56,912 nucleotides of DNA, taken from assembly GCA_018398765.1 (NCBI GenBank), contig JAHBMJ010000095.1:1-56912 (forward strand), in the 5' to 3' direction. Under the pieces are notes generated by a model that searched no databases, was not told where the DNA came from, and was given only the letters and a program-made list of their open reading frames with translations. This DNA comes from Chromera velia (lineage: Eukaryota). How positions within the stretch are numbered: position 1 is the first letter of the stretch; each line of letters opens with the position of its first letter. The translations under genes and the position numbers were made by a program. Shown piece after piece: positions 25,921 to 36,712 of this stretch.

Positions 25921-27831
25921 TCATGAGGACACTGATGCTTCCAAGTGACTCTCATAGTTTCCTTCACCGACTGCGAAATCTTCATCTCCCTCTCCCCTCA
26001 GCCATCGCTCCCGTGTTTCTCTCTTTGTTTTTCTTTTTTCGGCATCTTCCCTGCATGCCAATTAACGTACACACAAAAGGAACATGAAAGCACACACTTG
26101 AAGACCTCCCGCCAACAACGTTGGGAAACACAACAGGCGAACACACAATAAAGCAAAAAAAAAAAACAGGGCATCACTTCGGGGAGGTTTGGAAGGACGA
26201 AAGGGATTTTCCACAGCGAAATAGGCCGATGGCGATGACGATGACAGCGCACATTGGAGAAAGAAAATGCAAGAGAATTGAAAATAAAGAGGGTTCCATA
26301 CGAAAGACAACCAACACACAGAAAGCAAACCACAGAAAAGCACCAAGGTTGATCAAGAGAGAAAAGCAAAAGGCAGAGAAACTTCCGTATTTCTCTCAAA
26401 CCCAAAGTTAAAGGCGTAATGGGTGCACTGAAAAAGACCATTCAAAACATCCAGATGAGGATGAAAGTTCCACATGCTGATCAGGCCCCACCTGTCCATT
26501 TCTGCCCATCGCTCCTGCAACTCTTCCCACTCTGCCTCCAGTCGCTTTCGATAAGCTATCGCTTGCTGTTTCGCGCCTTCAAATCCATACAGAGAGACCC
26601 TGCAGGTAGAAAAAAGCCTTGAACTCCGTACAGATAAAAAAAGAAACCGAAAGAGCACGCCGGAATCACCTCTACGCAGACATTCCCGCTTCTCCTCGTT
26701 GCATACGATTTGGAGCTGCCCCTTCTTGGTCCGTCTTCCGAGCCTTGCAGAGGAAAGGTTTGGAAGAAAATCCCCGAAAACAGCACCAAGTAAACCACCG
26801 ACAGATCACAGAGATGAGATGCACAGCAGATCAAAACTCACGTCTGTCGATCTGAGGATGCTCCTCTAAAATTGAGACGCGTTTCTGACCAAAAGCACGC
26901 AACTTCACCTCCTCTTGATTCTGCTTTGCCTTCTCATGCAATAATGCTTTCCAGAGAACTGTCTTTCTTTCTTTCTTTCTTTCTTTCCTTCTTTCTTTCT
27001 TTTTGCACACAACGAGCACATGCATGAATTGTATTTGCGTACTTGAAGAGGGCGTTGCAGCGCACATGAAAGATCTTCTCGTCCACGTCCCTCTGGAACT
27101 GAACGTGCCAGGCCCCGCTCGGGTGCCACCGCACTCCCCGCACATCGCACTTGTACTTCTCCCAGTCGACACGGGCAGCCAGCTCTTTTGCCTCCGCGCT
27201 CTTTGACTCAACAAGTTTCTTCAGGGGACGGCTCTGGAGCACGGACAGCGGAATCGGTCTGTACCCTGTAGAAGAAGAAGGGAAAGGAAAGGAAGAGAAG
27301 GTCGAGCTTGATCTGTATGTCATGCGCTCTGCATTCCTTTCTCCGTCTCCTTCCCTGTTTCTCTATGTCATCTCGCGGTTGCGCTTTACCAGGGGACGGC
27401 TCTGGAGCACGGACAGCGGAATCGGTCTGTACCCTGTAGAAGAAGAAGGGAAAGGAAAGGAAGAGAAGGTCGAGCTTGATCTGTATGTCATGCGCTCTGC
27501 ATTCCTTTCTCCGTCTCCTTCCCTGTTTCTCTATGTCATCTCGCGGTTGCGCTTTACTGGCCAACTGATTTCTCTTGATAAGAACGGAAGAGAGGCCAGG
27601 AGGCAATTACCTGCTCAACGGGCCTGCCTGACACACGCGTCGTATGAATAAATCGACGCACGCATTCCTGTCTCAATGACCGAACCTCGTGCCCTCCCCC
27701 CATGCATTGAAGCAGCTATCGACCGACCGACCAACCGACCTACCCGGAGGCTTGGGCATATAGTCTGTCTGCAGGTTCTGCACGATCCGCATCTGGTAGC
27801 CTGCAGGGGCAACGGAGGAGCGAGAGAAAGT

Positions 27832-27900
<69 letters not shown>

Positions 27901-28234
27901 CAAAGCAGATGAAAGGGACTGGTAATGGAATCAAATACTTCTTCTGCATCTTGCTTCTGCTGGCGTCTTCTTGTTTTGGATTGATTCTTGCGGTTGCTTG
28001 CTCTCCCTTGTTTTGTCTTTCTTCTTATCGCCCCGCCAAACTTTGCGTGTACCACTGACGTCTCTTTTGAAAAATCCGCGTTGCAAACCCTCGAGATGGT
28101 TGAGATGCAGGGGCATTGGAGGTGGGGGTGCGATTCGAAGTTGCGGGCGAAAGAACACCAGGAGAAGTGGCAGGAGAGGAGGAACAGCCGAGAGATGACC
28201 CCAGAGACCGGACAATTGAAACCGGCCTCTGCAT
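25921..28234 (-). CDS. Small ApiAP2-domain protein (230 aa) with a predicted mitochondrial presequence. Exons 28234-28060, 27800-27744, 27265-27043, 26599-26492, 26050-25921
   Basis: Exons total 693 nt with consistent phases. AP2 signature VRGVRWHPSGAWHVQF...FKVSLYGFEGAKQQAIAYRKRLE. The N-terminus is Ser/Arg-rich, has no acidic residues and ends in SRGFATR. Confidence 0.85.
27222..27557. repeat. 168-bp tandem duplication spanning the 3' splice site and first 44 nt of AP2 exon 3
   Basis: 27222-27389 = 27390-27557. Confidence 0.95.
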
Positions 28235-29348
28235 CTTCTTCAGCGTCTGTCCTTCGGAATTATTCAGAAAAGAAAGTCCGTATGCCTGCACGCAGCAGAG
28301 AAAAGAGTCCAGTGACTGTACAAAGAGAAAAGCTAGGAGCCAGAATGAATGCCTTTCAGATAAAACACGTTCAGCATCAACAAAGAAAAGTGGAACCCGG
28401 ACTTAAACGATGGAGGAAAAGAGAGAAAGACGGCATGCGAACCCTGTTGGCCGATCTGCGTGTCCCGTCTCCTCAATTCCCTCACACCTACATACCTGTC
28501 CAACTTCACCGTCGCCCCTTCTGTCCTGCTTGTCCAGAGACGGAACACCAGAACACTGGACTTATCCCAAAGCTTCTTATGCAAGCTGGAGAAAATAAAC
28601 GCTACTTGCCCACGCACAATTGCCCTTTCTTTTCTGGACCAACCAAACGGCGTCTCCTATGTGGGCCATCTTGTGACCGTGTACATGCATCCAGGATGCA
28701 GTCCTGTGAAGAAAGCCAGTGACCCCAAAAACTTGCATTGAACCTCTCCCAAACATGAGACTTATGACGCCTCCTGCATGGGACGCATGCGTATAGAGAA
28801 GACGTTAGAGCTTTCCACAGGCGCTCAGTGAGTACTTACACCACCCCTGCCATGCAGTCAGGGGGCCGAATCTGGCATACTCTGGCGACATCTGGCGACG
28901 ATGCATGAGGGCTTTCATGCACCCTTCGAGACCCGCGGCTCCCCCCCGGCCCCTCGCGCGACGACGACGCGTGCATGAGACCCGGGAAGGGGCCCCAGGG
29001 GGGGCCGGGGTTTATATTATGTTAGAGTTCGGGGTACTTCGGGCATCTCCTCTACAAGAGTATCCCACCCCTACATTATGCACCGTTCTTTCTTTGTGCC
29101 AGTTTGTGGTGTTTTCTAAAATCATGTTTTCCATGTTTGCCCCCTGAGAAGAGATAGTTTTTGAACAAAAGTTGTAAAATTAACTGTCACATCTAGGTTA
29201 GGAAACATTGGTTGATTAGATGTGTATTTACTCTCCTCAACCTGCCATTAACTACCATTAACCAGCATGATCGGTATAGTACCATCCTCTAGCAAGAAAA
29301 AACCATCCTCTATATATATATACGTCTCATTACTGTTATATCTAAACA

Positions 29349-29571
29349 ACCTCCCTAAACCTAAGTGTCACTTAAAAAAATATAATCAAGATCATCTCTA
29401 TCTACGACATCTTTTTTCAAGAGACCGTCTACGCCTACGGCGTAGACGGTCAAGACACCATCCAGATATACGGCTTTGGCTTTTAAGATACCATAAATGA
29501 TCCGCGCCTACGGCATGGACTTTCAAAAAATGCGGCCTGAACTTTTAAGTGGTAGTTAGGTTTAGGGAGGT
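29349..29571. mobile_element. MITE-like element with telomere-like inverted termini inside an AT-rich island (~29020-29820)
   Basis: Perfect 16-bp IR ACCTCCCTAAACCTAA (29349-29364) / TTAGGTTTAGGGAGGT (29556-29571), extended inward by CACTTAAAA/TTTTAAGTG. Internal 13-bp hairpin at 29423-29451. Confidence 0.6.
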
Positions 29572-31139
29572 CATCTATACCTATATCCTAGTCTAGATCT
29601 AAACACAATACCGAGTCATTATCAACACATCTATGAAAGAGTCTAACTAAGAGTCACTAAGAGTCCAAACAAGATTGTACTCTTGCAAAATATGTAAATG
29701 TGTGAATGGAAAATTGCAAATCTGTACGGTAAAAACATGAACGAAAGTATATAAAAATGCTACCAAATACTACCACCTGGAACCTCATCTTCTATATACT
29801 TCTTGCAGAGGCATTGATCGTCTCCACTATGTACATTGAAGCCTTCTGCAACACTGAATTCGTCGTTTGATATCGAAAGCACACAACCGACAGGCTCGCT
29901 GGCATGAGTTTCACGATCGATCGATCAACTTCAGTTCTTTCTTCCTTCCTCTATCACTCGCTTATTCCTTTTACGGCGATCGAAGCTCGAGAAAGGCACA
30001 ACACTCAATTCGATTATGATGGTGGAGAACATAGAATGCAGAAGGAACAAAGATGCAAGAGAGAGGAATTTCAAAGGCTTGAGCAAACACTGAAGGAAAA
30101 TCGAGGAAAATTCCTTTGTAGTTCGACGTTGAAACTCCCTCGCTCTCTCTGTGACACTTTCCGTGTTTCCTCCGCTTCCATGTTCTCCTTCACAATGTGT
30201 AAGTTCGTTTGAACCACCCCCGCTCTGCCCATACAATCTCTACGTGTTTCGATCAGCACGTGTTCCTACGATCCGCTTCCCTCCCACCCTGCCCGTTCTC
30301 TGCTCCCCCTCCGTCCGACCCGTCCTCTCTCTGACTGGAGTACCCGCACTGCCTGGCCCAGTCTGAGAGAGAGTCTCACCTCTGAGCCCAGGACTGCCGC
30401 AGAGACCATAGCCCCCCCCTTCAAGTCCTGCTGGTCAGCATGGAGGAACATGACCGTATCGTCTTCTTCGAACGCTGCACAGATCATGCATCTCTCTGTC
30501 AAACTCGAACTTGATCAGCCCGGACCCTGAACATCTGCAGCAGTACGTGTATCAATCACGCAGTCACGCACACGCACACGCACACATACACGCACATGCA
30601 TACATGCAGAGATCGACGGGGCATCGATCGAACTGGCGGGAGCGAATAGATCTCAGAACCAGATGGATCGATCACTGTGCCAAATTTAATTTGAAATCCT
30701 TTCATACACAAAAATCATACAAACAAATTAAGGACCAATTCAAAAACGGCCCTGGTGGTCGAAAAGTAGGTGAAAGCTTGAAAGAGTATTAGATGAAGGC
30801 AGAACAAATACAACGAAAAGAGATGAGAAACAGATACATACAACACTCTTCTAGTACTTCTAGCTTCATTCTTCCAGAACTTTTCTTCCTTAGATGATCT
30901 TCCGGGATTCTTCCCTGCAAAGAGCAAGCCAAGCAACCGACCAGAGTCAACAAAACGAGATCAAAACAGAAGAACGCACACACAAGGAAGGAAGTAAGGT
31001 AACATCTCTTTTTGTCTCTTCACTGTCTTTTTTTCTCTCCGCTCGAGGCCCTCTCGAAATTACTCCCTTCCTCGCAGCTTCTGATTGGAACTAACTCGAT
31101 CAATCCACCCACCCACCCATGCAATTAAACCCAAGCCCT

Positions 31140-32520
31140 GTAGGTTCACTGACGTACCCTGGACACGATTCTTCTTCTGATTTGGGGGAAGCACTCTCCC
31201 CACTGAATTCGACGAGGACCTCTCAGAGGACCTTCTGATTCTCCCCTGCATGCCTCTCCTGGCCCGGGGCCTCACCCTCTTCTTCTCCGGGGCCGCCCTC
31301 AGAGGGAATTGACTCGAGCTCACTTTCGATGCATGACGATGACATCATTCTCGTCTTCATCTTTATCGTCCTCATGGACGATCGAGGCCGCTGAGACTGA
31401 GAGCAGGGAGAGACTGGGAGGGAGGGAGGGTTTCATTCCCCTGGAGGGATCGATCCTGCACGTCCTGGCCCCAGGGATGCTGCTACTGCTCCTGGAGGGG
31501 CCACAACCGCTGCTGCTGCAGGCACTGCGTTGGGGGGAGGGCCTGGGTAGGGGAGGTTGGTTAGCCAGATCGAGGGTCTGGTTCTTCAACGTGTCCTCTC
31601 TGGGAAAGTAGCTCAGCCACTGTCCCCGGGTGTATACTCTTCCTCTCTCAGCAATTAAAGAGGGCTCTCTGAGTCATGAGGGAGCTGCACACCCCGTCGA
31701 AGGAGAGGAGGTAGACCGGCTTCAGACGGGTAAAAGCCCCCCACGGGCTTGCGACGGCTGTCGCGATGGTCTCTCGTGACACAGTCACGTGTCGCTTGCA
31801 GCTAGAATCGAAGAAAAAGAGCAGGTTTGTCTTCAGACCCGACAGGCCCTCCTGCCCAAGCATCATCATCAGAGTGCTCACAGGGTCGACATCGCCCGTC
31901 ATCAGCAGGATTCCGGCGGGCTCTGGGTCCACTTGTGCCAGCGTCACGCGATCGGTGAACCTCTGGTCACCTCCTGCCTGCACCAACGCTCCTCCCTCCT
32001 TGAAGTTCTCCTTGAAAGGCACTTTCACGGCCTCCACCCAAACTCCTGCTGCCCTCTTCTCTTCGATTTTTTGATCGAACTCCATGAACTCCCCTCGCTA
32101 ATCATGCCTGTGTCTGCCCACGTCACCCATCCATTGGACGGGAACGTACGACTCTTCCTGAGAGGGCACGATCCGTGGAAGTTTTTGTAGTTCAGCTTCT
32201 TGTCAAGGATCTCTCGAATGTCCCAACCGCCTTCCTTTGACAAGTAGCAGCTCCTCCTCACCTTCTTGTTGTTGATCTTGCCCTTCGACATGGTCACCTT
32301 GAACAGGCGCCCCAGCTTCTTCACCCATTTTCGGCTTCGCAAAGTTCCCTGCTTTCTCCACTGTTGTTCGTTTCTTCAGAAACTCCGCGTAGTCGATCCT
32401 CACCGTTCTGTCTGCAAACAAAATTTTACGCAAGCGTCTGCTCACTGCGGCTTTTCCAGGTGTCCCATTAAGCAAACAATGCTTACAACCTTTGCCCCGC
32501 ACCTTACCATGCACCGTCTC
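31140..32520 (-). pseudogene. Degenerate intronless ORF broken by frameshifts and stops, probably a repeat-family/mobile-element gene relic; contains a weak chromodomain-like stretch
   Basis: Protein-like segments switch between ORFs 32203-32565, 32025-32342 and 31648-32085, with in-frame stops downstream. WDIREILDKK...NGWVT loosely resembles a chromodomain. Confidence 0.5.
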
Positions 32521-32537
32521 ATAAAGAAGAGAGAATT

Positions 32538-33042
32538 CCAAACCGGAGTTGAGGAAAGGAGACAAAACAAAGGAGCGGAAACAGAAACCGGAGTTGACAC
32601 CCCGAGCTTCTCAGGAAAGGAGACAAAACAAAGGAGCCGAATTTCAAACAGAAACCGGAGTTGACACCCCGAGCTTCTCAGGAAAGGAGACAAAACAAAG
32701 GAGCCGAAACAGAAACTGGAGTTCACACCCCGAGCTTCTCAGGAAAGGAGACAAAATAAAGGAGTGGAAAGAGAAATCGGAGTTGACACCCCGAGCTTCT
32801 GAGGAAAGGAGACAAAACAAAGGAGCGCAAACAGAAACCGGAGTTGACACCCCGAGCTTCTCAGGAAAGGAGACAAGACAAAATTTAAGGAGCGGAAAGA
32901 GAAACTGGAGTTGACACCCCGGGCTTCTCAGGAAAGAAGACAAAAAAAACAAATGAGCGGAAACAGAAACCGGAGTTGACACCCCGAGCTTCTCAGGAAA
33001 GGAGACAAAACAAAGGAGCCGAATTTCAAAGAGAAACCGGAG
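32538..33042. repeat. Minisatellite, ~59-66 bp unit GAAACCGGAGTTGACACCCCGAGCTTCTCAGGAAAGGAGACAAAACAAAGGAGC, ~8 copies
   Basis: Direct sequence. Confidence 0.95.
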
Positions 33043-34002
33043 TGGAGGAGGTGACGAAAGCAAAAGAGGGAGTTAATGCGACGAGCCACGTGCAGCTATG
33101 CACTGCCGGAATCAACCCACCCCGAGCAGTCACGGCATTCTTTTCTGGCTAGAGTTCACAACCCGCGCCATTCAAGCGGATGGAAGGGGCCACAGAGGAT
33201 ACAGCGCTTACCTTTCTTTTTCCTTCTGGTTCTCAAGTTTGTGATGAAGCACGGCATTCTCCTCCTCCAGTTTTTGAAGCCGCTGCAGCATTTAATTGTC
33301 CCGCTCCCTGCACAAATAGGGATCAGAAGAAAGGACAAACACTTTCTGTGTTGCAGTATCAACCATGTACGCAACGGTGTGTGAGCAACAGTTACTGAGT
33401 GTCGTTAGACTGACACGTTGTTGTTGTGGACGTCGGTCAGTCGACGTGCCTTGGCGCTGTCGTTGGAAATGACCCACCGCTTCTGCTCCAACCTCTAAGG
33501 CTTGGGTGCTCGCTGACAGTGCTGGTAAAGACATCATCTATCGCCAATCGAAATTTTGGTTTCGATCTGTGCGTCTTAATTCTCTTTCAGAAAGAGAATC
33601 GAAAGAAAGATCCAGGCTCGCTAGAGGGGGCCACTCGTTGAACACAAATCAATCGCTCCTTCGGGAGGATATTAATAAGAGCAGAGAAGAAACGTCGAGA
33701 AGACCTCCCCGTGTGTGAATCCTGTTGTTGCATGAGCAGTTCAGTCTGATCCCCCATCAGTGGATGAACACCAACACAACACCGCGTATTTCCAATAGTT
33801 CGACTATTCAGTACCTTGAAAGTCGCAGTGTCTGGACTTTCTACCTCTTGTGGTGTTTGCGGTCTGTTGACCAAAGCCACTAAAATCCACCTTTGAATTG
33901 TGTTGTCAGAACCACACCGATCCACACCGTGGCAAAGACCCTTTGGTATATATGATTTCTGCGATTTTCTGCAGCGTGCGTGCAAAATGCGTGCGAACCT
34001 TA

Positions 34003-34217
34003 GGGGACTCGTACAAAATACTCTATGCAACGGCGTTGNNNNNNNNNNNNNNNNNNNNNCCCAAAGCCATCAATTTGCTGGTTGCATAAGGCGGCGGCGC
34101 GTATGTAATGGATGCTAGACTGCGGCGGCGCCCAGAAGGACCACCTCTGCATAAGACCCCCCCCCCTCCAGCCATCTTATGCAACGCCGTTGCATAAGGT
34201 ATTTTGTACGAGCCCCC
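34003..34217. mobile_element. MITE, possibly PIF/Harbinger (Tourist)-like
   Basis: ~36-bp TIRs: GGGGACTCGTACAAAATACTCTATGCAACGGCGTTG versus the reverse complement of the right end, GGGGGCTCGTACAAAATACCTTATGCAACGGCGTTG. Flanks TTA and TTG resemble a 3-bp TWA-type TSD. Contains a short N gap. Confidence 0.75.
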
Positions 34218-35021
34218 TTGCTTGGGGGGCATACAACAGAGAATTTGCTGGAATTTCTTCCAGCGCTGTCAGAATCAGATCGTCTGCATGATCGAAGATT
34301 CATACAGTTGTCAGATAGTTGTCAGGTACGCTACCTCTGGGCAGATTCTCGATCCGGTTACCTTCATTCTAAGTCCTTGAACGCAGGCAGAACGACCGAA
34401 CGGCACTTGCGTCCGGATTCTGCCACGGGACAGAGAGAGAGGGAAAGAGACGGGATTGAGAGACAGGACAGAGACGGGTGGACGGACCTTGATTTGGTTG
34501 AGCTTGATACCTTTTCTCTGAGATCTGTCTGGGTGCCGTATTGCTTCTTTCGTTCTTTTGACACAATTTCTAGCCGTCCTTTGCCGACAGTTGTGGAGAG
34601 GAAGCTGCAGGAGGTCTTCTTGAAGTGAAGGGAGTAGCAGGTGTGTGTGGGGACTCTAGTCGCGGGCTTCCGGTATTCTTGGAAGGAGTCCGTAGCGTCT
34701 CCCCCTGTCCTGTCGATGAGTGATTCGCTCTTGCTGGTTTTTGCTTTCCCTTCTTCCTTTGTCCTTCCCCCGTCTTGTTTTTTTTTCTGTAATCGCTGCC
34801 CATGCTCCTTTTCCTCCCTTGGCATTATCCTATGGGAGTCTTTGACCGATGGAATGCGCAGATGCCAAAAGAAAGGCACAATGGATGAGTGCCAGATGAA
34901 CACTTATGGCCGGGTATGACCGTCAGTCTCGAATAATTTCTTCTTCTTTTTCTTTCTGCTGTCCCTTTTTGCGTACAGGCGGAGTGGGACGAGAGAAGGC
35001 GAAGGAAGGGGAAAGGAAAAG

Positions 35022-36677
35022 ATGGCAGAGTACAATTACTTCGTCACTGCCCACAAGGCGACTTCCGTCTCCTGTGCTGTGGGAGGGTCCTTCACCTCTG
35101 ACGGAGACGTGAACGTGGTGATGGCCAAGAACGACAACGTGGAGGTGCACAGGGTGACTACAGAGGGACTGCAGGAGTGCTTCTCTGTCCCCTTCTACGG
35201 AAAGGTGGCGGCGCTGCAGTTGGTCAAAACGCCGAACAGCAAGCTGGCCTATCTGTTTGCGTTGACCAAGGAGCTCAAGTGGGTGCTGATGAAGTACAAT
35301 CCAAAAAAGGGGGTGCCAGAGACCCTCGCAGAGGCCAGCGTTGCGGTCAGTCATCCTTCCAGAACTACTTGTTTGATTTTTTTGTCGCTTCAAATGCGCG
35401 TCTGACGGAATTGTTCTCTAAAAGGCTCGCCCCTCTCCCCGGGTCTCTCCCGTCTTCTCTTCTCTCCTTCTTCCTCCTGCGCCTCAAAGAAGTTGATGGA
35501 GGAAAATGATGCTGTGTTATGTTTTGGATTCAGCTGGCTTCTTCAATTTGTCAAAGCACAGCCAGCCGTCTTTTCTGTTTTTTTTCACCCATCAGACCGA
35601 GGGTCGCAGTGGCGAATGGACGTGAGAAGTAAAAGGAAAGCGGCTAGAGGCGGTCAGACTCGTCTGAGTCGTATGACAAAGAGCGCGCAATGAGCGGGCC
35701 TTCTGCCAACCTTGACCGTTATGGATTAAAAACATCTCCACCACACTTCTGGGAGCCCATGCACCCCCCCCTTTTTTGTGCAGGAAGATGTACGGAGAGA
35801 GGCGGACGGAGTGACTGTTCGTGTCGACCCCTACGCTCGGTGTGTGGTCATGCACACCCACAGCGGTTGCGTGAAGGTGTTGCCGATCGACACCTCCAAG
35901 AGAGACAGCTTGAAAGAAATGTTCTTCAAGGACGTTGGGCTAGATCTTAGGGACATGGTCATAGTCGATGAAGGTCCGGAAGAGAGCCAGCCGGGCAGCG
36001 CACCTCTCCTCTGCACTCTGCAAAAACGCCAAAGCTACACGAACAGGAAGGAAACGTACTCGTTGAACCTATTCAGGCTTCAGAGGGAAACTATTCCTTC
36101 TGCCTCCAAACTCCACAAAGCCCCCCCCACCCCAGGTTCCGGGGGAGGAGTCAAAAAGAAGAATTCAGGCGGGGGGTTGGGGTCAAGGGCTGAGGGTCAC
36201 CCGATAGATTTGGGAGAGACTCCGTGTGAGAGACTGGCCGCTGTACCTGCTGCTGTGGGAGGGGGCGTTTTGGCGTTCGGGCAGAACGAAATTTTTTGGG
36301 TGGGGGCAGACGGCGGTCAGGAGGTGATCAAACTGCAGACACCCCCAATGAGTGTGAGTCATTTATTTGTTGTTCTCAGTTTGTGTAGTAGATGTTCGTT
36401 CCAGCTATGGAGACTCAGTCACGCAGTGTTCTTTTCCAAAACTGGCGCTTGCATATAAAATTCTGAGGGCGATGAGAGTGTATTAGCTGGTTGGTTTCGT
36501 CGCGTGTCAAAGAGAGATCAGGTTTCTTTTCTGTCGAAGAGAAAACATGTAAAAAAATCCACTCCTCCTTTCTCCTGTGTCTCTTTCCCAGACAAATGGT
36601 CGCAGACAGAAACACGAAGAAACCGAAAGAGAGAGGGGAGCGAGAGAGGTAGGGAGAAACGTCGGAGGAGCTGTCTT

Positions 36678-36712
<35 letters not shown>

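Noticed and set aside
27988..28722. 244-aa plus-strand ORF
   Set aside because: Overlaps AP2 exon 1 and its upstream region in antisense; no recognisable features.
32538..33042. Possible CRISPR array
   Set aside because: The whole unit repeats with no unique spacers; it is an ordinary minisatellite.
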